64,000 bases of DNA. Origin: Alphaproteobacteria bacterium (GTDB lineage Bacteria > Pseudomonadota > Alphaproteobacteria > UBA828). Shown piece after piece: positions 9,008 to 22,900 of this stretch (the stretch's first letter is position 1; every line of letters starts with the position of its first letter). The translations under genes were made by a program, and so were the position numbers. Under the pieces are notes generated by a model. That model was not told the DNA's origin. It did no database searches and was given only the letters and a program-made list of their open reading frames with translations. The stretch covers positions 403,786-467,785 of the forward strand of contig CAXXMU010000005.1 in the NCBI GenBank assembly GCA_963667785.2, in the 5' to 3' direction.

Positions 9008-9655
9008 ATGAGCGAGAACCCCTTTCCCAACCTCCACCTGGTCGACCATCCGCTGGTCCAGCACAAGCTGAGCCACCTGCGCGACAAGACGACGTGGACC
9101 CCGCTCTTTCGCGCGCTCCTGCGCGAGATCGCGCTGCTCATCGGCTACGAGATCACGCGCGGCCTGCCGATGGATTCGCGGACCATCGAGACGCCGCTCA
9201 CGGCGATGGAAGCGCCCTTCCTGCGCGGCCGGAAGCCCGCGATCGTGCCCATCCTGCGGGCCGGCCTCGGCATGGCGGAGGGGCTGGCCGAGCTCCTGCC
9301 GACCGCGCCGCTCGGCCATATCGGGCTCTACCGCGACCCCGAGACCCATCGCCCGGTCGAGTACTACGTGCGGCTGCCGGCGGATACCGACCGCCTCTTC
9401 ATCCTGGTGGACCCGATGCTCGCCACCGGCTACTCCGCGTCCTACGCGGTCGATCTGCTCAACCGGAACGGCATCGACGACAGGAACGTGCGCTTCATGG
9501 CCATGGTGGCGTCGCCCGAGGGCATGCGCGCCTTCAACGAGAAGCACGCGCGCGTCGAGGTGTGGGCGGCCTCCCTCGACGAGTGCCTGAACGAGAAGGC
9601 CTACATCGTGCCGGGGCTGGGCGACGCCGGCGACCGGCTCTTCGGCACGGATTAG
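9008..9655 (+). CDS. upp: Uracil phosphoribosyltransferase
   Basis: [23 protein letters not shown] and [16 protein letters not shown] motifs. Confidence 0.98.
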   Translation: MSENPFPNLHLVDHPLVQHKLSHLRDKTTWTPLFRALLREIALLIGYEITRGLPMDSRTIETPLTAMEAPFLRGRKPAIVPILRAGLGMAEGLAELLPTAPLGHIGLYRDPETHRPVEYYVRLPADTDRLFILVDPMLATGYSASYAVDLLNRNGIDDRNVRFMAMVASPEGMRAFNEKHARVEVWAASLDECLNEKAYIVPGLGDAGDRLFGTD

Positions 9656-9794
9656 AGTCTTTTTCGCTCACGGCAGCCGGCCGTCCCGCGATTCCGCGTG
9701 CCTGCCGGCGCCTGCACGGGCGCGCCGCATAAGCGGCGGGCCGCGGTCGCGGCCTGTCGCGAGCCCGTCAATGACGGCCTCGCTCCCGCGTCAG

Positions 9795-10709
9795 TCAGTT
9801 TGCCGCCGTGCGCTTCTCCCGCGAGTCCAGGTAGGGCGTGATCCGGCCGCCGAGGGTCTGGCCGGTTAGCTCCTCGGCGATGGTCACGGCCTTGCGCAGG
9901 CCGGCCACGTCGATGCCGGTCTCGAAGCCGGCCCCGTTCGCCATGAACACGAGGTCTTCGGTAGCGAGGTTGCCGGTGGCGCCGGGCGCGAAGGGGCAGC
10001 CGCCGAGGCCGCCGATGGAGCTGTCGAACTTGCGGATCCCGCACTCGATGGCGACCCAGGTGAGCGTGAGCCCCATCGCGCGCGTGTCGTGGAAGTGGCC
10101 GGCGAGCCGCTCCGGCCCGTAGCGCCGGGCGAGCGTCTCGAAGAGGTGGACCATCTGCGGCGGGGTGCCGGCGCCGGTCGAATCGCCCAGCGCGAGCTCG
10201 TCGGCGCCCGCGTCGAACATGCGCGCGGCCAGATCGAACACCGTCTCGGGCGGAACCACGCCCTCGTAGGGGCAGGCGGCGACCACCGAGAGGTAGGAGC
10301 GAGCGCGGATGCCGTCCGCCTTGGCCCGCGCGATCACCGCCTGGTTGACCCTGATCGCCTCTTCCAGCGTCATGTTGATGTTGCGCCGGTTGAAGGCGTC
10401 GGTGGCGGCGAGCACCAGGGCCACCGTGGTGGCGCCGGCCTCCACCGCGCGCTCGTAGCCCTTCTCGTTGGGCACCAGCGCCTCGTAGCCCACGCCGCGA
10501 TCCTGCGGCAGACGGGCATAGACCTCGGCCGCGTCCGCCATCTGCGGCACCGCCTTCGGCGAGACGAAGCTCGCCGCCTCGACGGAGCGCAGGCCCGCAT
10601 CCAGCAGCGCGTCCAGGAGGCGCAGCTTGCCCTCGGTGGGTACGACGCGCGGCTGGTTCTGGAGCCCGTCGCGGAGCCCCACCTCGTGCACGGTGATGGC
10701 GTCACTCAT
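9795..10709 (-). CDS. Hydroxymethylglutaryl-CoA lyase family
   Basis: EVGLRDGLQN, HFHDT and GLGGCPFAPGATGNLATED motifs. Confidence 0.9.
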   Translation of the reverse strand: MSDAITVHEVGLRDGLQNQPRVVPTEGKLRLLDALLDAGLRSVEAASFVSPKAVPQMADAAEVYARLPQDRGVGYEALVPNEKGYERAVEAGATTVALVLAATDAFNRRNINMTLEEAIRVNQAVIARAKADGIRARSYLSVVAACPYEGVVPPETVFDLAARMFDAGADELALGDSTGAGTPPQMVHLFETLARRYGPERLAGHFHDTRAMGLTLTWVAIECGIRKFDSSIGGLGGCPFAPGATGNLATEDLVFMANGAGFETGIDVAGLRKAVTIAEELTGQTLGGRITPYLDSREKRTAAN

Positions 10710-10739
10710 CGCTCGTTTCCCTGCGCTTGCGGAGCGGGA

Positions 10740-11939
10740 TCAGGCTATCACGCCGGCCGTGCGAAGACCCGCGAGCTGGTTCGCGTCCTTGCCGCAGAGG
10801 CGGGCCAGCACCTCGTCCGTATGCTGGCCGAGGAGCGGCGGCGGCTCGTAGCTCTCGCCCGGGGTCGCGCTCAGCTTGATCGGGTTGCCGGTGGTGCGGA
10901 AGGAGCCGCCCTCGGGATGCGCGATGTCGACCACCATGTCGCGCGCCTGCACCTGCACGTCGGCGAGCGCACGAGCCACGTCGTTGACCGGCCCGCAGGG
11001 GACGCGGGCGGCGCGCAGCCGCTCGAGCCATTCGTCGCAGCCGTGCGCCCCGAGCGCTTCCGTGATCGCGCCGTCCACCGCCTCGCGGTGCTCGCACCGG
11101 CCCTCGTAGCCGTCGAAGCGCGCATCCTGGAGCGCAGGCGAGGCCAGCACCTCCCTGAGCCGCGCCCACTGGTCGTCCTTCACCACCGCGATGATCAGCC
11201 ACCTGTCCCTGGTCGGGAACGCATTGTAGGGGACATAGATCGGATGCGCGTTGCCGAACTGGCGCGGTACCTCGCCGGAGAGGAGCTGCATCGCGGCGAT
11301 GTAGCTCAAGAGCGAGACCTGGCAGTCCTGCATGGAGAGGTCGATGTGCTGGCCCTGGCCGGTCACCTCGCGCGCGTGCAGCGCCGCCAGCATGGCGACG
11401 GCGCCGAAGAGCCCGCTGGAGAGATCGCCCATGGGCACGCCGGCGCGGATCGGCGGGCCGCCCGCCTCGCCGGTGATCGACATGCCGCCGCCGTAGCCCT
11501 GGGACACCACGTCGAAGGCGGTGCGGTCGCAGTCGGGGCCGGCCTCGCCGAAGCCGGTGATGCTGCAGGTGACGATGCGCGGGTTGATGGCGGCGAGCGT
11601 CGCGTGGTCGACCTCCAGCCGCTCGGGCACGCCGGGGCGGAAATTGTTGACGACGATATCCGCCGCCGCCGCGAGCTCGTGGAAAAGAGCGCGGCCCTCC
11701 GCCTGCTTGAGGTCGATGCAGACGCTCTTCTTGTTGCGGTTGAGTGTGCGGAAGTAGGGCCCCATGCCCTTGTAGGCGTAGCGGGGGTCGTCGGCGAGCA
11801 GGCCGCGGGTCATCTCGCCGCCGTCGGGCGGCTCCACCTTGATCGTCTGGGCGCCGAGGTCGGCCAGCAGCATGGTGGCGAAGGGACCCGACAGCATGTG
11901 CGTCAGGTCGAGCATCACGATGTCCGAGAGGGCCTTCAT
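10740..11939 (-). CDS. Class III CoA-transferase (CaiB/BaiF family)
   Basis: LSGPFATMLLADLGA, LNRNKKS, NFRPG and SITGFG motifs. The start is probably the ATG at 11939. Confidence 0.92.
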   Translation of the reverse strand: MKALSDIVMLDLTHMLSGPFATMLLADLGAQTIKVEPPDGGEMTRGLLADDPRYAYKGMGPYFRTLNRNKKSVCIDLKQAEGRALFHELAAAADIVVNNFRPGVPERLEVDHATLAAINPRIVTCSITGFGEAGPDCDRTAFDVVSQGYGGGMSITGEAGGPPIRAGVPMGDLSSGLFGAVAMLAALHAREVTGQGQHIDLSMQDCQVSLLSYIAAMQLLSGEVPRQFGNAHPIYVPYNAFPTRDRWLIIAVVKDDQWARLREVLASPALQDARFDGYEGRCEHREAVDGAITEALGAHGCDEWLERLRAARVPCGPVNDVARALADVQVQARDMVVDIAHPEGGSFRTTGNPIKLSATPGESYEPPPLLGQHTDEVLARLCGKDANQLAGLRTAGVIA

Positions 11940-12195
11940 CGGGTCGGCAGGTGTCCGGCGGCGGGAGGGGGGCACACTCTATGGCCCGCGCCCGCGGCCG
12001 GTCAATGCGGCCGGACCATTCATTTTCCTCAACGGCGGGCGCTCGCATCGCGCGCCCCTGCGCGCGTGGACGCGCGACGCTCGCTTGCCTACGCGCTGAC
12101 GCGCGCGGCGCAGTCGCGCCGTCCGGGCCTGCGGCCCGCCGGGCGCGGCCGCCTCGTGATACCATCGCCGCCCGGGCAAAGAGAGGGAGGCGAGC

Positions 12196-13164
12196 ATGGC
12201 GGCGAAGGCGGTCGGCTGGGGCATGATCGGCACGCGGGGCTGGAGCGACATGATCCTCGGGCCCGCGGTGAACGCGGCGCGGGGCGCCCGGCTCAGGGCC
12301 GTGCTGTCATCGACGGCGGAGAATGCCGCGCGCTACTGCGTGAGCCACGGGGTGGCGCGGGGCTATTCGGATATCGATGCCTTCCTCGCCGATCCCGCCA
12401 TCGACGTGGTGTGGATCGCGAGCCCCAACCACCTGCACAAGGCGCAGGCGATCGCGGCGCTCAAGGCCGGCAAGCACGTGCTCTGCGAGAAGCCCATGGC
12501 GATGAGCCAGGCCGAGTGCCGGGCCATGATCCGCGCCGCCGGGAAGGCAGACCGCCTGCTCACCATCGGCTACAACAGCCGCCACCACCCCAGGTTGAGA
12601 ACGCTCCGCGAGCAGTGGCAGGCAGGCCGCTTCGGCGCGCCGGTGCGCATGCACGGCCAGTTCCACTACCGCTATCCGCACGTGCCGGACGACTGGTGGC
12701 GGCTCGACGACGAGACGTCGGGCTGCTGGGTTCTGGGCGACGTCGGTACCCACTTCATCGACCTCCTGCGCTGGTTCAACGGCGAGGCGAAGACGGTCCA
12801 CGCCCACCTCTCGAACAAGGCCTACGGCCGCTCGGCCGATACCGCCTTCCTCTCGATCGGCTTCGCCAACGGCACGCTGGGCACCATCTCGGCCTCGGTG
12901 GCCGTCACCTCCGGCGGCGGCATCGAGCTCCTCGGCAGCGAGGGCCACTGCCGGATCGATGGCGGCTTCGTCGGGCTCCCCGGCTCCATCACCACCGTGC
13001 GCCGCGGGGGCGCGCCGCGCACCGTCCCGCTCGCGGGCTACGATACCTACAAGGCCCAGGTGGAGAACGTCAGCCGCGCCGTTGCCCGGGGCACGCCGCT
13101 CGCCGTGAGCGCGGACGACGGTCTCGCCAACGTCCGCGTCATCGAGCAGGCCCGCGGCTGGTAA
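12196..13164 (+). CDS. Gfo/Idh/MocA family oxidoreductase
   Basis: SPNHLH, GKHVLCEKPMA and DVGTH motifs. Confidence 0.9.
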   Translation: MAAKAVGWGMIGTRGWSDMILGPAVNAARGARLRAVLSSTAENAARYCVSHGVARGYSDIDAFLADPAIDVVWIASPNHLHKAQAIAALKAGKHVLCEKPMAMSQAECRAMIRAAGKADRLLTIGYNSRHHPRLRTLREQWQAGRFGAPVRMHGQFHYRYPHVPDDWWRLDDETSGCWVLGDVGTHFIDLLRWFNGEAKTVHAHLSNKAYGRSADTAFLSIGFANGTLGTISASVAVTSGGGIELLGSEGHCRIDGGFVGLPGSITTVRRGGAPRTVPLAGYDTYKAQVENVSRAVARGTPLAVSADDGLANVRVIEQARGW

Positions 13165-13200
13165 CGGCTGCGGCCGCCTCTTGCGCCACCTCCACGGCGA

Positions 13201-13261
13201 CGGGCGCTGATCTCACAGGTGAAGATCTTCGACGTCACCGCCCTCCTCTCGATGGAGGAGA

Positions 13262-13290
<29 letters not shown>
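13201..13290 (+). pseudogene. 3' remnant of an Lrp/AsnC-family regulator
   Basis: Translates [29 protein letters not shown], the typical C-terminus of DecR-like Lrp/AsnC proteins. There is no start codon or HTH region upstream. Confidence 0.75.
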
Positions 13291-17086
<3,796 letters not shown>

Positions 17087-17112
17087 GCCCCACCCCCGTG
17101 GCCCGCCGCACG

Positions 17113-17144
17113 AAAATACCCGCCGCGGCTTGAGCGGGGCGGGC
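17113..17144 (-). terminator. Intrinsic terminator/attenuator in the metH leader
   Basis: Minus-strand hairpin CCCGCC...GGCGGG followed by TATTTT, directly after the SAM-II aptamer. Confidence 0.55.
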
Positions 17145-17148
17145 CCAA

Positions 17149-17200
17149 CGCTTTAGCCGCATTTGTAAAGCGCCCGCAAGCTGTCGCTCAAATCGGCGCT
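17149..17200 (-). ncRNA. SAM-II (SAM-alpha) riboswitch
   Basis: The minus strand reads AGCGCCGATTTGAGCGACAGCTTGCGGGCGCTTTACAAATGCGGCTAAAGCG. It has P1 GCGCC/GGCGC and the conserved GATTT, TTGC, AAAT and GCTAAA, upstream of metH. Confidence 0.88.
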
Positions 17201-17209
17201 GTAGCGTGC

Positions 17210-17238
17210 ATGATGGGTTGGATGCGGATTGCGGTCAA
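17210..17238 (-). promoter_or_regulatory. sigma70 promoter of the SAM-II-metH transcript
   Basis: TTGACC-N17-CATCAT, ending ~9 nt before the aptamer. Confidence 0.65.
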
Positions 17239-17500
17239 GGGCCGGGAATGACGTGCGGTCGCGAACACGAGACGGCTTGGGCCTGCGCGTCGGAAGACGG
17301 ATGGGCCGCGTTCCCTAGAAGACATGTTGTTCGGCGCGCTGATCGGAGGCCAATCGGCCCGGCAACGTGTCGATTCTCCATCACGCTTGCGTGTCGGCGT
17401 TCAGACCGTTGGCACACAAAGTCAGGAATTTGAGCTTTCTTGCAATGGTGTGATAAGTGGCTGAAACTAAGTTAGTTATTGCAAGCGGCGCTGGTCAGCC

Positions 17501-18841
17501 ATGTCGGATTCCGGCACAACACTGAACGTGACCTCGGGCGAGCTGATCTTTCTGGTCTGGAACGACCTCGTCGGGCTATCGCGCACCCGCGGTGTGCCGA
17601 TCGCTGAGTACGAGCGCCGAAAGGCCCACGGGCTCGGCTGGGCGCTGGCGGGGCAGGCGATGACCCCGTTCGAAGACATCGCCGAGAACCCCTGGGGGCC
17701 GATGGACGAGGTGCGCCAGACGCCCGATGACGGCACACGACGGCGTATCGTGCTGCGGCCCGAGCATCCGCCCCTTCATCTCGTGCTGTGCGACAGCCTC
17801 AACCCGGACGGGAGCCCCTGGGAGTGCTGCACGCGGAGCTTCCTGGCGTCCGCCCTGGCGGATCTGAAGGCGGAAACCGGTCTCGACCTGCACATCGCCT
17901 ACGAGAACGAGTTCGCGCTCTATGGCGAGGACATCCGCTGGGCGGCGCCGTTCTCGCTGGATGCGGTGCGCCGGATCGCACCGTTCGCCGATCTTTGCGT
18001 CGCGGCCCTGATCGATGTCGGCGCCGGGATCGAGACCTTCGAGCCCGAGTATGGCGTGGGGCAGTTCGAGATCACCTGCGGGCCTGCGGTGGGCCTCGCG
18101 GGCGCGGATCGTCTCGTGCTGACCCGCGAAGTCGTGCACGAGGCTGCGCGCCAGTGCGGGCTGCGCGCGACGTTCTCTCCCAAGCCGGCCCCGGACGCGG
18201 TCGGCAACGGCTGCCACCTTCATCTGAGCTTCTGGGACGACGACGACAGGGCGGCCGCCTACGACGCCGATGCGCCGGGAGAGCTCAGCGCGATTGCCGC
18301 GAGCTTCGTGGCGGGCGTTCAGCGCCACGTCGCGGCCCTCTGTGCCGTGACGGCGCCGAGCCCCATTTCCTATCTGCGCCTCGGCCCGCATCACTGGAGC
18401 TGCGGCTACGATATCGTCGGCGTGCAGAACCGCGAGGCCGCCATTCGCATCTGCCCGTCGCCGGCGGCCGATCCGGCGGACCGTGGTGAGGCCTTCAACA
18501 TCGAGTTCCGCTTTACCGATGCCACCGCGAGCCCCTATCTGGCTATCGGCGTGATCGTGCGCGCAGGTCTCCAGGGTATCCGCGACGAACTCCCGCGCCC
18601 GGCTCTGGTGGATGGAGAACCGGACGACCTGAGCGAAGACGAGAGAAGCGCGCAGGGCATCGGCAGGCTCCCCACCTCACTCGCGGAGGCGCTCGACGCG
18701 TTCGGCGAGGACGAGACCGCGAAGGGCTGGTTCTCGCCCACCATGGTGCAAGCCTATACCGCGCTCAAGCGGCATGAACTGCGGCTCTACGCGGAGTCAC
18801 GCGCCGAACGCATGTGCGAGAGGTACGCGCAGGTTTACTGA
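17501..18841 (+). CDS. Glutamine synthetase-like gamma-glutamyl ligase (PuuA/GlnA-like)
   Basis: AYENEF, EPEYGVGQFEI, GNGCHLHLS, QNREAAIRI, NIEFR and DATASPYLA motifs. It lacks typical GSI features. Confidence 0.88.
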   Translation: MSDSGTTLNVTSGELIFLVWNDLVGLSRTRGVPIAEYERRKAHGLGWALAGQAMTPFEDIAENPWGPMDEVRQTPDDGTRRRIVLRPEHPPLHLVLCDSLNPDGSPWECCTRSFLASALADLKAETGLDLHIAYENEFALYGEDIRWAAPFSLDAVRRIAPFADLCVAALIDVGAGIETFEPEYGVGQFEITCGPAVGLAGADRLVLTREVVHEAARQCGLRATFSPKPAPDAVGNGCHLHLSFWDDDDRAAAYDADAPGELSAIAASFVAGVQRHVAALCAVTAPSPISYLRLGPHHWSCGYDIVGVQNREAAIRICPSPAADPADRGEAFNIEFRFTDATASPYLAIGVIVRAGLQGIRDELPRPALVDGEPDDLSEDERSAQGIGRLPTSLAEALDAFGEDETAKGWFSPTMVQAYTALKRHELRLYAESRAERMCERYAQVY

Positions 18842-18937
18842 CGGAACCGGGAATTCATGCTGGCCGTCGCGGTGCGGCCTCTCGGCGAGGTCCGACAGAG
18901 GCGGGCGACCCGGCCTCACGAAGGGGAGACGACAACC

Positions 18938-19624
18938 ATGAAGCGCAGCGAGATCGATGCCATTCCCCCGGAAGGCGACGTGTCGTTCAGGCAGCGGGCG
19001 GTCGAGCCTGAGCGAACCGCTCTGCTCGTCGTCGACCTCCAGAAGGGCGAGTACAACGCGGAGAAGCGCGCAGAGAGCCCGAACCATCAGTACCTCCACG
19101 ACCGCATCCGGGACGTCGTGATCCCGAACGGGCAACGCCTGATCGCCGCATGCCGCGGCGCAGGCATCGAGGTCATGTACACGGTGATCGAATGCCTCAC
19201 GAAGGACGGTCGCGACCGCGGCCTGGACTACAAAATTTCCGGCATCTTCGCCGCCAAGGGGTCCTGGGAAGCGGAGGTCATCGACGAGTTGCGGCCGGGC
19301 GACGACGACATCGTCATCCCCAAGACCTCGTCCAGCCTGTTCAACTCGACCAACTGCGAATACGTGCTGCGCAACCTCGGCATCGAGTACGTGATGGTCA
19401 TGGGAGTTCTCACGGACCAGTGCGTCGAGACCGCCGTGCGCGATGGCTGCGACCGCGGCTTCCTCATGACCCTGGTCGACGACGGCTGCGCCACCGTTTC
19501 GGAGCAGCGGCACCGCGAGGCCCTGCACGGATTCAGGGGTTACTGCCGCGTCCGGACCACCGCCGAACTGCTCGAGGAACTGGAGCGCACGCACGCCACA
19601 CGCCCGGCGGCGGTTTCGGCCTGA
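18938..19624 (+). CDS. Isochorismatase-family cysteine hydrolase
   Basis: TALLVVDLQ, catalytic K in IPKTSSS and GVLTDQCVETAVRD. ATG at 18938 follows GGGGAG. Confidence 0.9.
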   Translation: MKRSEIDAIPPEGDVSFRQRAVEPERTALLVVDLQKGEYNAEKRAESPNHQYLHDRIRDVVIPNGQRLIAACRGAGIEVMYTVIECLTKDGRDRGLDYKISGIFAAKGSWEAEVIDELRPGDDDIVIPKTSSSLFNSTNCEYVLRNLGIEYVMVMGVLTDQCVETAVRDGCDRGFLMTLVDDGCATVSEQRHREALHGFRGYCRVRTTAELLEELERTHATRPAAVSA

Positions 19625-19720
19625 GGCGCACCAGGTGCGCGGAGCCCCGGTGCTGTTGACCCCCATCCCCGGCCATGGAAGGGTCGCGCCCGTCCGAGAC
19701 TTGCTGGGAGGCGGGCCGAG

Positions 19721-19960
19721 ATGAGCGGCAAGTGGGTTCCGTTTGACCTCGCCTGGTACGACACGCGGATCTTCAACTGCTCCTTCTGCGGCATCATGAT
19801 GGCGCGGGAATACTGGGTGGACGACGAGTTTCCCGGCGAGATGTTCTGCGAGGACAAGTGCGCCGGCGTGAAGCGCAGGCTCCGGGCCGAGTTCGCCGCG
19901 GCGAAGGCCGAGGGCCGCGTCGAGGACGCGGGCCGCGCCGGGGAGAGCAACGATGTATAG
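19721..19960 (+). CDS. Small Cys-rich putative zinc/metal-binding protein (TRASH-like)
   Basis: GGGAGG RBS and the motif CSFC-x19-CEDKC. Codon use is host-like, and the gene overlaps the start of the downstream hydantoinase by 8 nt. Confidence 0.75.
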   Translation: MSGKWVPFDLAWYDTRIFNCSFCGIMMAREYWVDDEFPGEMFCEDKCAGVKRRLRAEFAAAKAEGRVEDAGRAGESNDV

Positions 19961-22900
19961 GGTCGGCATCGACACCGGCGGTACGTTCACCGACCTTGTG
20001 GCGCTGGACGACAGGAGCGGCTGTATCCGCACCGTCAAGGTCCCGTCGACGCCGCAGACGCCCGCCGCGGCCCCGCTCGCTGCCATCGACCAGAGCGCGC
20101 TCTCGCCGGACGAGATCGGCCGCATCGTGCTCGGCACCACCATCGCCACCAACGCGCGCCTGCAGAAGAAGGGCGCGACCGTGCTCTATGTCGGCACCGA
20201 CGGCGTGCAGGACGTGCCCGTCATCGGCATCATCGCCCGCAAGGAGGCCTACAACCCGGCCTGGGAGAAGCCCTCGGCAGGCGTGCTGCGCCGCCATGTC
20301 TTCGGCATCCGCGAGCGCGTCGACCACAAGGGCAACATCCTGATCGCGCTGGAGCGCCCGGAGCTCGAGCGCCTCGGCGACTGGATCGACGAATGGATCG
20401 CAAGCACGCCCGGCCGCGAGTGGGCGGTGGCGGTCAACCTGCTCTTCTCCTATGTCGACCCGCGTCACGAGGAGGCCATCGGCGCCTATCTGGCCGAGCG
20501 CTTTCCCGACCTGCCGGTCTCGCTCTCCTGCCGCGTCTGCCCGATCTGGCGCGAGTTCGAGCGGAGCGCCACGGTCATCACCGACGCCTTCATCAAGCGT
20601 ATCATCGACCGCTTCGTGGGCCAGGTCTCGGCCGACCTCGCGGAGGCGGGGATCGGGGCGCCGCTTTCGCTGATGAAGTCGAACGGCGGCCACCTGCAGG
20701 CCGAGTCCGCAGGCGAGGTGCCGGTGCAGCTTCTGCTCTCCGGCCTCGCCGGCGGCGTCATCGCCGGCGCCCGCTTCGCCCGCGACCACGCGGACGGCAA
20801 CGGCGTCACCCTCGACATGGGGGGCACGAGCTGCGACGTGGGCCTCGTCACCGACGGCGCCTTCGGCTCCACAACCGAGTACGAGGTCGAATGGGGCGTG
20901 CCGGTGAGCGCGCTCTTCATCGACTACACCACCATCGGCGCGGGCGGCGGCTCGATCGCCCATGTCGATGCGGGCGGCCTGCTGCGCGTCGGCCCCCGCA
21001 GCGCCGGCGCCGACCCCGGCCCCGCCTGCTACGGCAAGGGCGGGACCGAGCCCACGGTCACCGACGCCAACGTGGTGCTCGGCCGGCTCGACCCCGATTA
21101 CTTCCTCGGCGGCGAGATGTCGCTGGACGCCGCGAAGGCGCACGAGGCCGTGGCGGCGCTGGGGAGTACGCTCGGGCTGACGGCGGTGGAGACCGCGCGG
21201 GCGATCCTCGAGACGGCGGCCGAGAACATGGCGGACGCCATCCGGCTGATGACCGTCGAGCGCGGCATCGACCACCGCGACTATGCGCTGATCGCCTTCG
21301 GCGGCGCCGGCCCGCTGCACGCCGTCGACGTCGCGGCGCCGCTGGAGATGAAGAAGGTCGTCGTGCCGCCCCACCCGGGGCTCTGCTCGGCGCTCGGCAC
21401 GCTGCTGACTGACCTGCGGGTCGACCGCGCGCGCACGGTCAACCACCGCTCCGACACGGTGGAACTCGCCCAGCTCAATGACCAGCTCCGCGCGCTCGCC
21501 CGCGAGGCGGTGGAGGAGCTCAGGCGCGACGGGCTGGAGGGCGAGGCGCGCGTCACCGGCTATATCAGCATGCGCTACATGGGGCAGAACTTCGGCGAGC
21601 TGGTGCAGCTCGACACGCTCGAGCTCAACGCCGATTCGCTCGCCCGCGCGCTTGAAGGGCTGCACCGCCAGCACGAGGAGCTCTACGGCTACGCGCTGCG
21701 CGACAAGGTGGTCGAGATGACAGAGGTCCGGGTGATCGCCGTCGGCGAGGAACGCACCGACGCCCACCTCAGCGCGCCCGCCTCTGGCTCGGGCGAGGCG
21801 CACGCCCACCGCGAGGTCCACTTCGACGGCGAGGAGCCGCTGGAGACGCCGATCTACCGCCGCGCCGCGCTTGCCGCAGGCGCCGTGATCGCCGGGCCCG
21901 CGATCATCGACGAGATGGATTCCACCACGCTGGTGCCGCCCCGGAGCGAGGTCGAGGTGGGCGCCGACGGCAGCCTCATCGTCAGCCTGCCGAGGGCTGC
22001 GAGCGAAGAGGGCGCCGCAGTCGGCACCGGGAGGCTCGCGCCGGAGAAGGACCCGGTCACGCTGACGGTGGTCAACAACGCGCTCGGCAACATCTGCAAC
22101 GAGATGGAAAGCGCCATGGTGCGCACCGCCTATTCGCCGATCTTCAGCGAATCGCGGGACTTCTCGTGCTGCCTGTTCGACCGGCGGCTGCGCATGGTGG
22201 GCCAGGCGGAGATGAACCCGGCGATCATCTGCGCCGGACTGCACACGGTGCCGCTCTGCGTGAAGGAGATGGAGGAGCCGATCGAGCAGGGCGACGTGAT
22301 CGTCCACAACGACCCCTACCGCGGCCAGTGCCACATGCCCGAACACTTGTTGATGAAGCCGGTCTTCGTCGACGGCACGCTCATCGGCTACGCCGCCAAC
22401 ATCGCCCATATCGCCGAGATCGGCGGCATGGCGGTGGGCTCCTTCGCCAGCACCGCCACCGAGGTGTTCCAGGAGGGGCTCCGGCTGCCGCCGGTGAAGC
22501 TGCTCTCGCGGGGCGAGTACGTGAAGGATGTCTGGCGCATCGCGCTCGCCAATCACCGCACCCCCAACACCACCTGGGGCGACTTCCACGCGATGATCGG
22601 CTCGCTGAATACCGCCGAGCAGCGGCTGAGCGCGCTGGTGAAGCGCCTGGGCGTGGACACCTTCGAGAAGATCTGCGACGCGCTGGTCGATCACGCCGAG
22701 AGCTGGATGCGGAACGAGATCCGCAAGCTCCCCAACGGCATCTACAAGGCCGAGGACTACTTCGAGGACGACGGCGTCACCGCCCGGCGCTACTACTTCC
22801 GCCCCACCGTGCATATCCGCGAGGAGGAGATCGTCGTCGATCTCTCGGAATCGGACGAGCAGGCGCGGGGGCCGATCAACGTCACCTACGTGGCGACCGC

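Noticed and set aside
17410-17445. sigma54 promoter upstream of the GS-like gene (TTGGCAC at ~17409)
   Set aside because: No TTGC at the required -12 spacing; the sequence reads TGGCAC-ACAAA-GTCA.
17087-17500. Cobalamin riboswitch upstream of metH
   Set aside because: No B12-box (GGGAA...GCCACTG) was seen; the leader is explained by SAM-II.
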